Shown: in pieces, positions 10,073 through 19,688 of the stretch
How the letters are laid out: the number at the start of each line of letters is the position of its first letter
Numbering within the stretch: the stretch's first letter is position 1
Source: Candidatus Enterousia sp.
Lineage (GTDB): Bacteria > Pseudomonadota > Alphaproteobacteria > Rs-D84
NCBI GenBank assembly: GCA_045646625.1
Contig: JAZRLB010000008.1
Coordinates: forward strand, 3,234-67,233
Length of the DNA stretch: 64,000 nt
Direction of reading: 5' to 3'
Program-made: the position numbers and the translations under genes
Notes under the pieces: model-generated
The model's database searches: none
Seen by the model: the letters and a program-made list of their open reading frames with translations, nothing else
Told to the model about the DNA's origin: nothing

Positions 10073-10723
10073 ATGTCGCTATCGCCGCAAAGATATTTTG
10101 AATTGGTGCCCCCGACCGTAGATATGACAATACGGTCGGAACTGTATCATACCAATGAATTTAACTTTGCGGTGGCGGTGATTTTATCAGCCCAGGCGAC
10201 CGATAAAAAAGTGAACGAAGTTACCCCCGCGTTATTTGCCGTTGCCCCCACACCACAAAAAATGCTGGAATTGGGGATTGACGGATTAAAAGCGCATATC
10301 AAGGTTATTTCCTTTTTTAATAACAAGGCAAAAAATATTATTGCGCTGGCAGAACGTCTGGTCGCAGAAAATATGACGGATACGTTTCCAGAAAAATACC
10401 ACAACCGCGACGAATTAATGCGGTTGCCGGGTATCGGTCAGAAAACGGCAAATGTCATCTGTAATGTTTTGTGGCACGCACCAAATATTGGTGTTGATAC
10501 ACACGTTTTTCGTAATGCGCATCGATATGGCTGGGTTGATGATGCAGACAATACACCTGAAAAAGTTGAGCGCAAATTACTGCAAAAAATTCCAAAAAAA
10601 TATCACCCAATTGTAAATCATGTAATGGTATTGCACGGGCGATATGTATGCAAGGCGCTGCGCCCTGAATGCGCAAAATGCGCGGTTGCGAAATGGTGTA
10701 ATTGCGGCGACAAAAGAATCTAG
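10073..10723 (+). CDS. nth: endonuclease III (DNA glycosylase/AP lyase)
   Basis: HhH-GPD motif LPGIGQKTANV and C-terminal 4Fe-4S cluster CKALRPECAKCAVAKWC. Confidence 0.92.
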   Translation: MSLSPQRYFELVPPTVDMTIRSELYHTNEFNFAVAVILSAQATDKKVNEVTPALFAVAPTPQKMLELGIDGLKAHIKVISFFNNKAKNIIALAERLVAENMTDTFPEKYHNRDELMRLPGIGQKTANVICNVLWHAPNIGVDTHVFRNAHRYGWVDDADNTPEKVERKLLQKIPKKYHPIVNHVMVLHGRYVCKALRPECAKCAVAKWCNCGDKRI

Positions 10724-10734
10724 ATTTTTTATTC

Positions 10735-11106
10735 TTAATCCAGATAGACAAAGCACTGTGGTGCAACGCGCAACCCGAAATCTGACAAAGATTTTGGTAT
10801 ATTGTATTGTTCTGGTTCGTCCAGAACGAATGCAAATGCTGTATCGCATCCATAAAAGTAAGAATCAAAAAACTCCTGTGTAATTCCTGCGTTCTTTTGC
10901 GTGGTTTTCCACACATCACTTGGTGCGCCAATTATAATTCCGCGTACTTTGACTGAACCAACAACGCGCCCAATTGGACGTGTAGCGTAAATGACAATTT
11001 TATCGATTGGTTTGCGTGGTATGGTTCGACGAAATTCAAAACATTTTTGCGTCGATAAAATTTTTTCTACAAATTCTGGCTTAATTGCCAATAATATTGT
11101 TGCCAT
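10735..11106 (-). CDS. ASCH-domain protein
   Basis: 123 aa. The opening LAIKPEFVEKILSTQKCFEFRR and the overall small beta-barrel pattern resemble ASCH/PUA-like proteins. Recognised by eye only. Confidence 0.6.
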   Translation of the reverse strand: MATILLAIKPEFVEKILSTQKCFEFRRTIPRKPIDKIVIYATRPIGRVVGSVKVRGIIIGAPSDVWKTTQKNAGITQEFFDSYFYGCDTAFAFVLDEPEQYNIPKSLSDFGLRVAPQCFVYLD

Positions 11107-11108
11107 AT

Positions 11109-11142
11109 AAAAAAACTTGCCATCCCGAATTAGGGCGGGATG
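11109..11142 (-). terminator. intrinsic terminator after the DUF2147 gene
   Basis: CATCCCG...CGGGATG hairpin (11121-11142), followed on the minus strand by a T-run (A-run at 11109-11115 on plus). Confidence 0.55.
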
Positions 11143-11170
11143 ACAAATTATCCCTTATCTTGTTTCTTTA

Positions 11171-11689
11171 TTACTTAAGAACGGTCGGCGCCCAATCACC
11201 AGTATCGATGTTTTGCAGTGCGGCGGGTAAATCTGCGCTTTGCATAACATTCCATTTTTGTGTTCGTCCAAATGGTCCAATTTTACCACGTACATTCAGG
11301 CTGTCTGTTTTGTCTTGCCAGATAACGCTGGAATAAATCTTGCCAGATTTAGGGTCCATAATTTTCCCGTTGCTAAATTCTTTGTCTTTTGCGTCCCACT
11401 CCATATCCCAGATAATATCCAAACCAACCATTTTCGGTTCACCTTTTACTTTTTCTGCCGCGCGTGTTGGATTTTCCAGCGTTTCAGAAACCGCACCATT
11501 TGCATCGTACAGTGCAACGATACGTCCCGCTAATTCGGTTTTGTCGCCATCTTGGTATTCATACAGTTGTACAATTGACTTTGGTGTATTGGTTTCGTCG
11601 TCGATTGTCTGATACAGGCCAATATGTGGCAATGCGGCGAATGCCCCGATCGGCATCAGCGTGCCCAAAATAAATGATAAAATTTTCAT
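11171..11689 (-). CDS. DUF2147-family periplasmic protein
   Basis: Signal peptide MKILSFILGTLMPIGAFA. Characteristic GRIVALYD and GKIMDPKSGKIYSSVIW...LNVRGKIGPFGRTQKWN pattern. Confidence 0.75.
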   Translation of the reverse strand: MKILSFILGTLMPIGAFAALPHIGLYQTIDDETNTPKSIVQLYEYQDGDKTELAGRIVALYDANGAVSETLENPTRAAEKVKGEPKMVGLDIIWDMEWDAKDKEFSNGKIMDPKSGKIYSSVIWQDKTDSLNVRGKIGPFGRTQKWNVMQSADLPAALQNIDTGDWAPTVLK

Positions 11690-11833
11690 ATTCTATTCCT
11701 TTTCTTTTTTTACTTGTACATATATGGACGCTATAAATCTTACAAAGTGAAAAAAATAAATGCAATAAACTAATTACAATAAGGTTGACAAACGTATGCT
11801 TTGTGCTAACCTTGGTCAAAAGGATAAATTAAA

Positions 11834-12190
11834 ATGTCGAATGGTAAATATATGTCGGGCCGCGATTTTAAAAAGATGATTTTCGGCGCAATGCGCACCG
11901 CGCATATTTCTGCCCTGGTTGATCCCAGTGGTCAATTACGTGAATATTCGTTTCTGATGCCTGGTGGCGAAATAGCTGTGTTAAGTTGGGAATCTTTTGA
12001 TGCAGAAAGTGAGTATATCATAGAGATAAACGAGCGCGAAATAATATCGGTTGTTATTCCAAAGGGGCGTAAGATTTTCTCGGACGAAGAACAAATGGTT
12101 TTAGACATCTTTCGTGTGTGTGCTGTCCAGGTAATACTGCAAGAACAGGTGATGCTGCACCTGCATAAAAATTCAAAAACGTATTCTTGA
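11834..12190 (+). CDS. hypothetical protein (118 aa)
   Basis: Isolated ORF with an AAGGA RBS region. No motif recognised. Confidence 0.5.
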   Translation: MSNGKYMSGRDFKKMIFGAMRTAHISALVDPSGQLREYSFLMPGGEIAVLSWESFDAESEYIIEINEREIISVVIPKGRKIFSDEEQMVLDIFRVCAVQVILQEQVMLHLHKNSKTYS

Positions 12191-12192
12191 AA

Positions 12193-12912
12193 CTAAATTG
12201 CGCGCACCACGCGACAGAATGTGACGCCATAAACTTCGGTTGCGCCTGCTGCTATTAATACACGTCGTAATTCAGAAAAAGTCGCCCCACTGGTCATAAC
12301 ATCATCAACCAGTAAAATCTTTTTTCCACGTATTTTGTCTGGGTGTGCCACAGAAAATACGCCGCGAATATTTTCTGCGCGTTCACGGTTGTTTTTGTGT
12401 CCCATATTGTCACGATGTTTTCGTTTGACTGAATCTAAATCCATTTTTATTCCTGTGGCGCGTGCAATAGGGCGTGCCAACAGGGTTGCCTGATTGTATC
12501 CGCGTTTGAATAAACGACGTGCGGCCAGCGGCACGGGCATAATAATATCTGCATCGATTTCAATATCGCGCAAAGCCCACATCATTGCGCGTGACATAAA
12601 ATTTGCGTATCTAATTTTCCCGCCGTGCTTAAAAGGCAGCATTGCATTACGTGATGCGGCATCATACACACAGGCCGAACGTATCCAGTCCAATTCAGAT
12701 TTCCCTGCAGCACAAACAGGACACAGTGGTGCATTACCTAAATCCAAATCTGCCGGAAAAGGGTAGCCGCATTTTATGCATTTTGGATTGTCTATCCAAT
12801 TCATTTCTGCCCAGCAGGTGGCGCACAGTTCGCCGTGTACTGAAACCGGCGTATCACATAACGGACACGCCGGAGGAAACAGGAACTCTAATACCTTGTT
12901 AAATTTAATCAC
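12193..12912 (-). CDS. comF: ComF-family protein (double zinc ribbon plus phosphoribosyltransferase domain)
   Basis: N-terminal CPLC...CATC and CIKCG...CPVC zinc ribbons. C-terminal PRT motif ILLVDDVMTSGAT. Confidence 0.85.
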   Translation of the reverse strand: MIKFNKVLEFLFPPACPLCDTPVSVHGELCATCWAEMNWIDNPKCIKCGYPFPADLDLGNAPLCPVCAAGKSELDWIRSACVYDAASRNAMLPFKHGGKIRYANFMSRAMMWALRDIEIDADIIMPVPLAARRLFKRGYNQATLLARPIARATGIKMDLDSVKRKHRDNMGHKNNRERAENIRGVFSVAHPDKIRGKKILLVDDVMTSGATFSELRRVLIAAGATEVYGVTFCRVVRAI

Positions 12913-14204
12913 CAGGTCATACTTTTATATGTTTTGCTGCCAGTTGTATCGCCAAAAATATCACGTTTTTGTTTTGTCAGTGTTTCATATTGATCGCTGG
13001 AAATTATGCGCAATACAAAACCTTGTTCGTCACGATTTGACAGAACTGGAACAATTCTTTGCTGTGAAACACCGTTGTCTGTCAGGACTTGTTCAACAAT
13101 GGCCAACCTGCGTGCGGCCAACTTGCGTCCATCTTTGGTTTTTGTCATATGTTCTGGAATGGCCAATTGTACTGCACGAGTTGGTTTGCTGACCACGATT
13201 CCTGCATATTCTGTTAACAGGTTATAATTTTCGCGTGACAATGCGGAATCTTCGTTTCTGAATTTGATTTTTATTTCCAGTGGGCGAATGCCGCTGCCTT
13301 CGGAAATATCGCGCTGTGCGGTAAATCCTTCGATAGATGTGCTCATATCACTGGCGACATCAAAGCGGCTGTCAACGGAATAAGTTGACAGGTGTTTATT
13401 TTCCGACAGGAATGTTTTTCTGAATGCCTGACGCAGTTCAGCCGGTGTCATTTTTGTCATATCGTCGCGCACCGCCGCGATTCGTGGAGAAGTATTTTTT
13501 TCAACGCTGCGTACAATCACGTCATCGTCCATTGGCACAACCATACGGCGCACAGATACCGATTCTGTGCTGGCCCGTTCCACAGGTTCTGTGGCGGCAA
13601 ATAAATTTTGCGATTCGACGGTCGCTGGTTTTGTTTCTATGATTGGTGCAGCGATAACGCGGGATGAAACATTGTATGCGCTGTTGTCTGCGCGTCTTTG
13701 CAGTTCGTTCAGGCGTGCAATCTGGGCGTCGATTTCAGCCATAGGTTCTGTAATGTTTTGTTTTGTAATCTGGGCTGTGCCCGCGACCGCCTTGTTATCA
13801 ATGCTTTCTTCTGGCAACAGGTTGTCGGAACGAATTACAGAAAACTCATCCGGCATCGGCATACGCAGTGCAAAGTTATTATCATTATTATTGTTGTCTG
13901 TATTTTTTGCCCATAAATCATTGCTGGGGCGACGCGGCATTAAAACATCGTTTGCTGCAACAATCTGTTCGCCCATATCAACCGATGTTTTTACCGTTGG
14001 CGCGATGGGGGTAGTGTTGCGTGCCACGACTGTTTTTTTGCGTGTGGGTTGTGTGCGTTGTTTTTGTGTTTGTTCAACCGCTTCGCCAAATGCGCTGCGC
14101 GCGGAAACGCCGCCCGATGCAATGTTTACAACCGGCAGTCCCGCCCCAGCAATTGTTGGCAATACGATAAACAAAGACAATACGCTGACTGTAAAATGAC
14201 GCAT
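12909..14204 (-). CDS. secreted protein with a long low-complexity region and a C-terminal OmpA/MotB-like domain
   Basis: Start set at MRHFTVSVLSLFIVLPTIAGA (signal peptide, GGAAGG RBS). C-terminal ...LAARRLAIVEQVLTDNGVSQQRIV... resembles an OmpA_C peptidoglycan-binding fold. 4-nt overlap with the comF start. Confidence 0.55.
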   Translation of the reverse strand: MRHFTVSVLSLFIVLPTIAGAGLPVVNIASGGVSARSAFGEAVEQTQKQRTQPTRKKTVVARNTTPIAPTVKTSVDMGEQIVAANDVLMPRRPSNDLWAKNTDNNNNDNNFALRMPMPDEFSVIRSDNLLPEESIDNKAVAGTAQITKQNITEPMAEIDAQIARLNELQRRADNSAYNVSSRVIAAPIIETKPATVESQNLFAATEPVERASTESVSVRRMVVPMDDDVIVRSVEKNTSPRIAAVRDDMTKMTPAELRQAFRKTFLSENKHLSTYSVDSRFDVASDMSTSIEGFTAQRDISEGSGIRPLEIKIKFRNEDSALSRENYNLLTEYAGIVVSKPTRAVQLAIPEHMTKTKDGRKLAARRLAIVEQVLTDNGVSQQRIVPVLSNRDEQGFVLRIISSDQYETLTKQKRDIFGDTTGSKTYKSMTW

Positions 14205-14346
14205 AACTTTCTTTCCTTCCGTTGTTATCATAGAACAAATGACGAATCGCACGCAAGTGGAAAATATTGTTTTAACGACAATGTCTTGCATAAAAATAAA
14301 TGATTGTTATAATCTGGGCGAACAACAAACCAAAGGATATTTTTAT

Positions 14347-14943
14347 ATGTTAAAAAAGACGGATGTGGTTTTATTTGATTTTGATGGGACATTATCTGGA
14401 TTGGATTCAAATGTTGCGTTTGCGCGTTATTGTTTTCGTCGCAGTATTCGTCCTTGGCTGTTTTTGCCTGTGATGGGTATCTGCGCTATTGCCCGTTGGG
14501 TACGTCCAGACGGCGTTTGGTGGCGTGAAAACATTCGTCGTTTTATGACGCCAAATATGGTTAAAAAATTTGCCCCTGGATTTATTAAACAGCACAAACG
14601 TGAACGTTTTGGGTGGGCCAAGGAAAAGGTTCAGTCTGAACGTGATGCAGGTCGTAAAGTTTTAATGATTTCAGCCAGTCCAGATTACTTGTTGCCTGCA
14701 TTGGTTCGTGATATGAAATTTGATGCGGTCTTTTGTTCCAAGATGGACAAGACAAAGCCCTGGAAGTATGAGTTTTTATGTTGGGGCAAAAACAAAGTCT
14801 TGGTTATGGACGAATGGGCGTGCCAGAACAAGATTATTCCGCATGTGGTTCGTGCCTATTCGGACAGCAAGTCTGACCTGCCTATGATGGAAATTGCGGA
14901 CGAACAAGTCTGGATTGATAAAAAGACAGGTTTGCGAAAATAG
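14347..14943 (+). CDS. HAD-superfamily (subfamily IB-like) hydrolase
   Basis: Motif I DFDGTL, motif II ISASP, motif IV YSDSKSDLP. Start set at MLKKTDVVLFDFDGTL. Confidence 0.7.
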   Translation: MLKKTDVVLFDFDGTLSGLDSNVAFARYCFRRSIRPWLFLPVMGICAIARWVRPDGVWWRENIRRFMTPNMVKKFAPGFIKQHKRERFGWAKEKVQSERDAGRKVLMISASPDYLLPALVRDMKFDAVFCSKMDKTKPWKYEFLCWGKNKVLVMDEWACQNKIIPHVVRAYSDSKSDLPMMEIADEQVWIDKKTGLRK

Positions 14944-14983
14944 TCCTGATGAATTCTTATGTCAATAATGTTAAAGTGTTTCT

Positions 14984-15256
14984 GTGAAAATCATAGAAAC
15001 ACTTTTTGATTTGCTAAGTGCGTCCGCAGGTGCAATGTGCGGTGCATTGGTCACATTTATGCTGGGCCAGCGTCGTACAAAAACTATGTCGTCCCAGTTG
15101 GTAATCAGTCGCCAGGCGCTGGAAGAAATAAAAATAAAAAATGAGGACCTGTTAAAGCAAATCCAGGAAAAAGAAAACATAATTTTACAGATGCAGATGC
15201 AAATCTTGGAACAAAAAGCTGCGTCAAAACGTAAAACAAAAAAGTCTAAAAACTAA
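14984..15256 (+). CDS. small bitopic coiled-coil protein (90 aa, GTG start)
   Basis: One N-terminal TM (LLSASAGAMCGALVTFMLG) followed by a heptad-like charged helix and a Lys-rich tail. It sits directly upstream of the PBP-mraY-ftsW-murG block. Confidence 0.35.
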   Translation: MKIIETLFDLLSASAGAMCGALVTFMLGQRRTKTMSSQLVISRQALEEIKIKNEDLLKQIQEKENIILQMQMQILEQKAASKRKTKKSKN

Positions 15257-15298
15257 ATGTTTGCAAACGTGGTGTTTTTATCTTAAAATCTGCTTATT

Positions 15299-17338
15299 AT
15301 GAAATTCAAAAAATTCTTGCGCATACTATTAAATGTGTTTTTTTGGGCCTTTGTTGCTGGTATTGCGACATTGGCGGCATTGGTTTTGATTTATGGTCAC
15401 GATTTACCTGATTACAAGAAATTGGCGACATACGCGCCACCTGTTGCGACGCGGTTGTATGCGTCGGATGGTTCTTTGTTGCAGGAATATGCCGAAGAAC
15501 GTCGTGTGTTTATCGACTATGCGGATATGCCGCCTATGCTGGTTAATGCATTTATTGCGGCCGAAGATCAAAATTTCTGGACGCATCCCGGCATTGATGT
15601 CCAGGGTATAACGCGTGCGTTGGCAAACAATGCTATGCGCGCGATGGGGCGTGACACTACATTGTCTGGTGCGTCCACAATTACGCAACAGGTTGCCAAG
15701 AATTTCTTTCTGACATCTGAACGTACAATTTCGCGTAAAATTAAAGAAGCGATACTTGCGTTGCGTTTGGAACGCAGTTTTTCAAAACAGCATATTTTAA
15801 CATTGTATATGAATCAAATATTCCTGGGTGCGCGTGCATATGGTGTTGGTTCTGCTGCGCTGATGTACTTTAATAAACCCGTGTCTGAATTATCGTTGGC
15901 GGAATGTGCGTTTTTGGCATCTCTGCCCAAGGCTCCAAACAATCGCACCCGTGCGGTGGAACGTCGCAACTATGTTTTGCGCCGTATGGTCGAAGAAGGA
16001 TTTATAACCCAGGCTGCTGCTGATGCTGCCGCCGCCGAGGAGTTAAATATCAACAGTGGCTTTACCGCCCAAATGGAAGAAGATTTCCAATATTTTGCCG
16101 AAGATGTCCGTCGTCAATTGCTGGCGATGCTTGGGCGTGAAACGCTGTATAACCAGGGGTTGTATATTAAAACGACGATTGTGCCTGAATTTCAGCGTGC
16201 TGCCGCCGCCGCTTTGAACAAAGAATTGGACGCGTATAATGCGGGTCGTACCGATAAATTGCAGGGTGCTATTATTGCGATGAATCCGCATACGGGGCGC
16301 ATTGTTGCGATGACCGGCGGTCGTTCTTTCCGTGACAGTTCTTTTAACCGTGCGACCCAGGCGTATCGTCAAATTGGTTCGACTATTAAGCCGTTTGTTT
16401 ATTTGGCGGCATTGGAACGTGGCTACAGTCCCCAGACAATGATTTTGGACGCCCCGATTGTTGGCTGGCGTGAAAACGACACGTTGTGGAAGCCTGAAAA
16501 TTACGATAAAAAATTCCTGGGGGATGTGCCATTGCGTTTATCGCTGGAAACATCACGCAATGTTCCAACGGTACGTTTAGTGGAACAGATTGGAACAAAA
16601 AACGCCATTGAATCCGCCCAGCGTTTCGGCGTTTATCCATCGGATATGAAGAATGTAAATCTGTCAATGGCATTGGGGTCTGGTGAAACGACATTGGAAA
16701 AATTGGTACTGGGATATTCGGCCTTTGTAAATGGTGGGCGCGCGATTAAGCCAAAATTAGTTGACTATGTAGAAGACAGGTATGGTCGTCTGATTGATGG
16801 TACGCAAACTGACATTGTTGATTGGTCAGAAGATTTGACCCCGCCCGAAACATCAGATGAATCCGAACCTTTGTCTGATCCGCAAAGCCTTTATCAAATG
16901 GTGTCGATTTTGCAGGGTGCGGTTGAACGTGGTACCGGCAAACAGGCGCGTGTTCCTGGGCATACAATTGCTGGGAAAACAGGTACTTCGAACGATGTCA
17001 AGGATGTATGGTTTGTAGGTTTTTCTAAAAACTTGATTGCTGGGGTATATCTGGGCTTTGATACGCCAAAGTCGCTGGGGCGTGGTGCGGGCTCGCATAT
17101 GGCGGCGCGCGTATTTGCGGACTTTATGCGTGTGGCATTGGCAAATGACAAAAATCAGCCTTTTGCGGTTCCTGACGGTATGACCTTTATGCGTGTTAAT
17201 CGTCGCAGTGGTGCGTCTGCCGCCGCTGATCCAGATGGCACAATTATTCAAGAGGTGTTCAAACCTGGTCAGTCCCCAAACCCGGCGCCCAGCAAAAAAT
17301 CGGTCGGGGCCAGTGCAGTTGTCGGTGGCGTCTTTTAA
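15299..17338 (+). CDS. mrcA: class A penicillin-binding protein (glycosyltransferase and transpeptidase)
   Basis: GT51 motifs EDQNFWTHPG and GASTITQQ. Transpeptidase motifs STIKP, SRN, KTGTS. N-terminal membrane anchor. Confidence 0.9.
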   Translation: MKFKKFLRILLNVFFWAFVAGIATLAALVLIYGHDLPDYKKLATYAPPVATRLYASDGSLLQEYAEERRVFIDYADMPPMLVNAFIAAEDQNFWTHPGIDVQGITRALANNAMRAMGRDTTLSGASTITQQVAKNFFLTSERTISRKIKEAILALRLERSFSKQHILTLYMNQIFLGARAYGVGSAALMYFNKPVSELSLAECAFLASLPKAPNNRTRAVERRNYVLRRMVEEGFITQAAADAAAAEELNINSGFTAQMEEDFQYFAEDVRRQLLAMLGRETLYNQGLYIKTTIVPEFQRAAAAALNKELDAYNAGRTDKLQGAIIAMNPHTGRIVAMTGGRSFRDSSFNRATQAYRQIGSTIKPFVYLAALERGYSPQTMILDAPIVGWRENDTLWKPENYDKKFLGDVPLRLSLETSRNVPTVRLVEQIGTKNAIESAQRFGVYPSDMKNVNLSMALGSGETTLEKLVLGYSAFVNGGRAIKPKLVDYVEDRYGRLIDGTQTDIVDWSEDLTPPETSDESEPLSDPQSLYQMVSILQGAVERGTGKQARVPGHTIAGKTGTSNDVKDVWFVGFSKNLIAGVYLGFDTPKSLGRGAGSHMAARVFADFMRVALANDKNQPFAVPDGMTFMRVNRRSGASAAADPDGTIIQEVFKPGQSPNPAPSKKSVGASAVVGGVF

Positions 17339-17406
17339 TTCTTATAATAACATTTGTTTATAAAATCTTTTGTGATAGAATGTCAGCATAAGGAAAAGGA
17401 TTATTT

Positions 17407-18498
17407 ATGCTGACAGACTTTTTTTTGAATCACGGACTTTTATTTTTTTACAGTGGTTGGGCCCAGTTTGCGGGTGGTTTTTTTGCGGCTTTTATGGTGA
17501 TGTTGTTGTTCGGTCGCCCGTTTGTTCGCTGGATGCGCAATTTTCAGAAAAAGGGTCAACCAATCAGTGAAAATGTCCCAGAATCGCACCGTAAAAAGGC
17601 GGGCACTCCAACTATGGGTGGAATTTTGATAGTTTTTGCGATTTTATTGGGTGGTATACTGTTTATGCCGATGCGCGATTCATTGGCTGGCTGGACGGCG
17701 TTAGTGTCGCTGGTTATGTTTGGTGCGCTGGGGTTTGTTGATGACTATAAAAAAGTGACCAGCCAATCCAAAAAGGCATCAAATGGTCTGTCCCCGTTGA
17801 CGCGTCTGGTGGTCGAAGGTGTGTTTGTTGTAATCTTGGTTTTGCTGATTTCGCGTACTATGCCAATAAACGTTGCGCCTATGTCACTGGCGTTGCCATT
17901 TGGTTTGGAAATTCAGTTAGGGCTGATATATTACGTTTTTGCATATTTTGTAATTTGTGGTGCGGCCAACGCAACCAATATCACAGATGGGTTGGACGGA
18001 ATGTTGTCTAAACTGTATTTGCCGGTTTTGTTGGTTTTGGTTGTGGCACTGTACATTGCGACACGTCTTGGGCGACACGATGCGGTGATGTTGTTAGATA
18101 ATGCGAATTGCCTGTATGCTGTTTTAGGTGCCGCATTTGGTGCGGTTCTTGGTTTTTTGTGGTATAATTCTAAGCCTGCATCAATATTCATGGGCGATGT
18201 TGGTTCGCTTGCGCTGGGTGGCTTTATGGGGACGATTGCGATGTTGCTGCGTTCCGAGATTATTATGGGTATCGCCGCCGGTATGTTGGTTTTGATATTG
18301 TTGTCTTCGTTTATCCAGACAATGTATTTCAAGGTGACGCGCAAAGTGACGGGTACTGGTCGTCGCGTGTTTTTGCGTGCTCCGCTGCATCATCACTTCG
18401 AAGAGCTGGGTTGGTCAGAAACTAAAATTGTCGAACGATTTTTTATATTATCGATATTGTTTTCAGGGCTTGCGCTGGTAGTATTAAAATTCGCTTAA
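17407..18498 (+). CDS. mraY: phospho-N-acetylmuramoyl-pentapeptide transferase MraY
   Basis: 363 aa polytopic protein with NATNITDGLDGM, GDVGSLALGG and HHHFE motifs. Confidence 0.94.
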   Translation: MLTDFFLNHGLLFFYSGWAQFAGGFFAAFMVMLLFGRPFVRWMRNFQKKGQPISENVPESHRKKAGTPTMGGILIVFAILLGGILFMPMRDSLAGWTALVSLVMFGALGFVDDYKKVTSQSKKASNGLSPLTRLVVEGVFVVILVLLISRTMPINVAPMSLALPFGLEIQLGLIYYVFAYFVICGAANATNITDGLDGMLSKLYLPVLLVLVVALYIATRLGRHDAVMLLDNANCLYAVLGAAFGAVLGFLWYNSKPASIFMGDVGSLALGGFMGTIAMLLRSEIIMGIAAGMLVLILLSSFIQTMYFKVTRKVTGTGRRVFLRAPLHHHFEELGWSETKIVERFFILSILFSGLALVVLKFA

Positions 18499-18521
18499 AT
18501 ATTTGATGTATTGGGGGTGTT

Positions 18522-19673
18522 ATGTCTTGGATTACGCACAGTGAAGACAGTAAATTAACGGATTGGTATTTTGAAATAGACCGACGTCTGTTGGGTTGTG
18601 TTTTACTGCTGATTGGTTTGTCGACTATATTTGTTGTGTCGGCAGGTTCTGTTGCGGCCGAACGGATTGGAATGCCTTGGTATTTTTACCTGGTCAAGGC
18701 CATACCGTTTTATATCCTGGGGTTGATTTTTTTATTTGGGTCCAGTTTTTTGAATAAAAAATGGGTTTTACGTCTGTCTGCGGCGAATTTGTTGTTTGGT
18801 TTGGCTTTGTTGCCATTAACGGTTGTTGCGCCGCATATTATTAATAATTCTGCGCGATTTGTGTCATTTGGTTTTTTTAATATTATGCCTGCGGATATTA
18901 TGAAGCCTGGCTTTATAGTAATGACTGCATACTTTCTGTCACGAATGAAGGACAGGTATGGCACGAATATATTTTTGAACAAAGATGCGTGGCGCTTTGA
19001 TACCTGGCTCAGTTGGATATATTACTTGGCGCTGTTTGGATTGGTTGTGTTTATTGTGTTTAATCATCCTGATTTTGGAACGGCTGTGCTGTATTTGCTG
19101 GTATTTTGTGCTATGGTGTTTTTGGCGGGGTTGCCATTGATGTTTATTCCTGTTTTTGCCTGTGTCGGGCTGTTGATGTTGACGATTGCGTTCTTTACAT
19201 TGGGGCACGTTCATCGTCGTATAATTGCATTTTTTACAGGCACGGGCGACACATACCAGGTTGATAATTCCATAGATTCCATTCGTCACGGTGGGTTACT
19301 GGGGTCTGGTGACGATGCGTTTGTTAAACAGTATTTACCCGACGTGCACACAGACTTTATCTTTGCGGCCATTGCCGAAGATTTGGGTGCGATTATGGCG
19401 TGTGGCTTGTTGGTTTTGTTGTTTTATGTATTCCGTCGTTTGATAACAAATGCGACAAATGCACGTGATTTGTTTGTGTTGTACGCAACAGGTGGTGCGG
19501 CGGCGTTATTTGGAACCCAGATATGTTTTAATATGTTAACGACATTGAACTTGTTCGCGCCCAAGGGGATGACGTTGCCATTTATATCATACGGGGGCAG
19601 TTCGCTGTTGGCCTATTGTCTGTTGTTTGGAATGATTTTGGCAATTGTTCGCGAAGATAAATGGAAACAGTAA
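18522..19673 (+). CDS. ftsW: SEDS-family peptidoglycan polymerase, FtsW by context
   Basis: 10-TM SEDS pattern (DFGTAVL, HTDFIFAAIAEDLG, PFISYGGSS). Located between mraY and murG. Confidence 0.85.
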   Translation: MSWITHSEDSKLTDWYFEIDRRLLGCVLLLIGLSTIFVVSAGSVAAERIGMPWYFYLVKAIPFYILGLIFLFGSSFLNKKWVLRLSAANLLFGLALLPLTVVAPHIINNSARFVSFGFFNIMPADIMKPGFIVMTAYFLSRMKDRYGTNIFLNKDAWRFDTWLSWIYYLALFGLVVFIVFNHPDFGTAVLYLLVFCAMVFLAGLPLMFIPVFACVGLLMLTIAFFTLGHVHRRIIAFFTGTGDTYQVDNSIDSIRHGGLLGSGDDAFVKQYLPDVHTDFIFAAIAEDLGAIMACGLLVLLFYVFRRLITNATNARDLFVLYATGGAAALFGTQICFNMLTTLNLFAPKGMTLPFISYGGSSLLAYCLLFGMILAIVREDKWKQ

Positions 19674-19688
19674 ATATAGGGGATAAAG

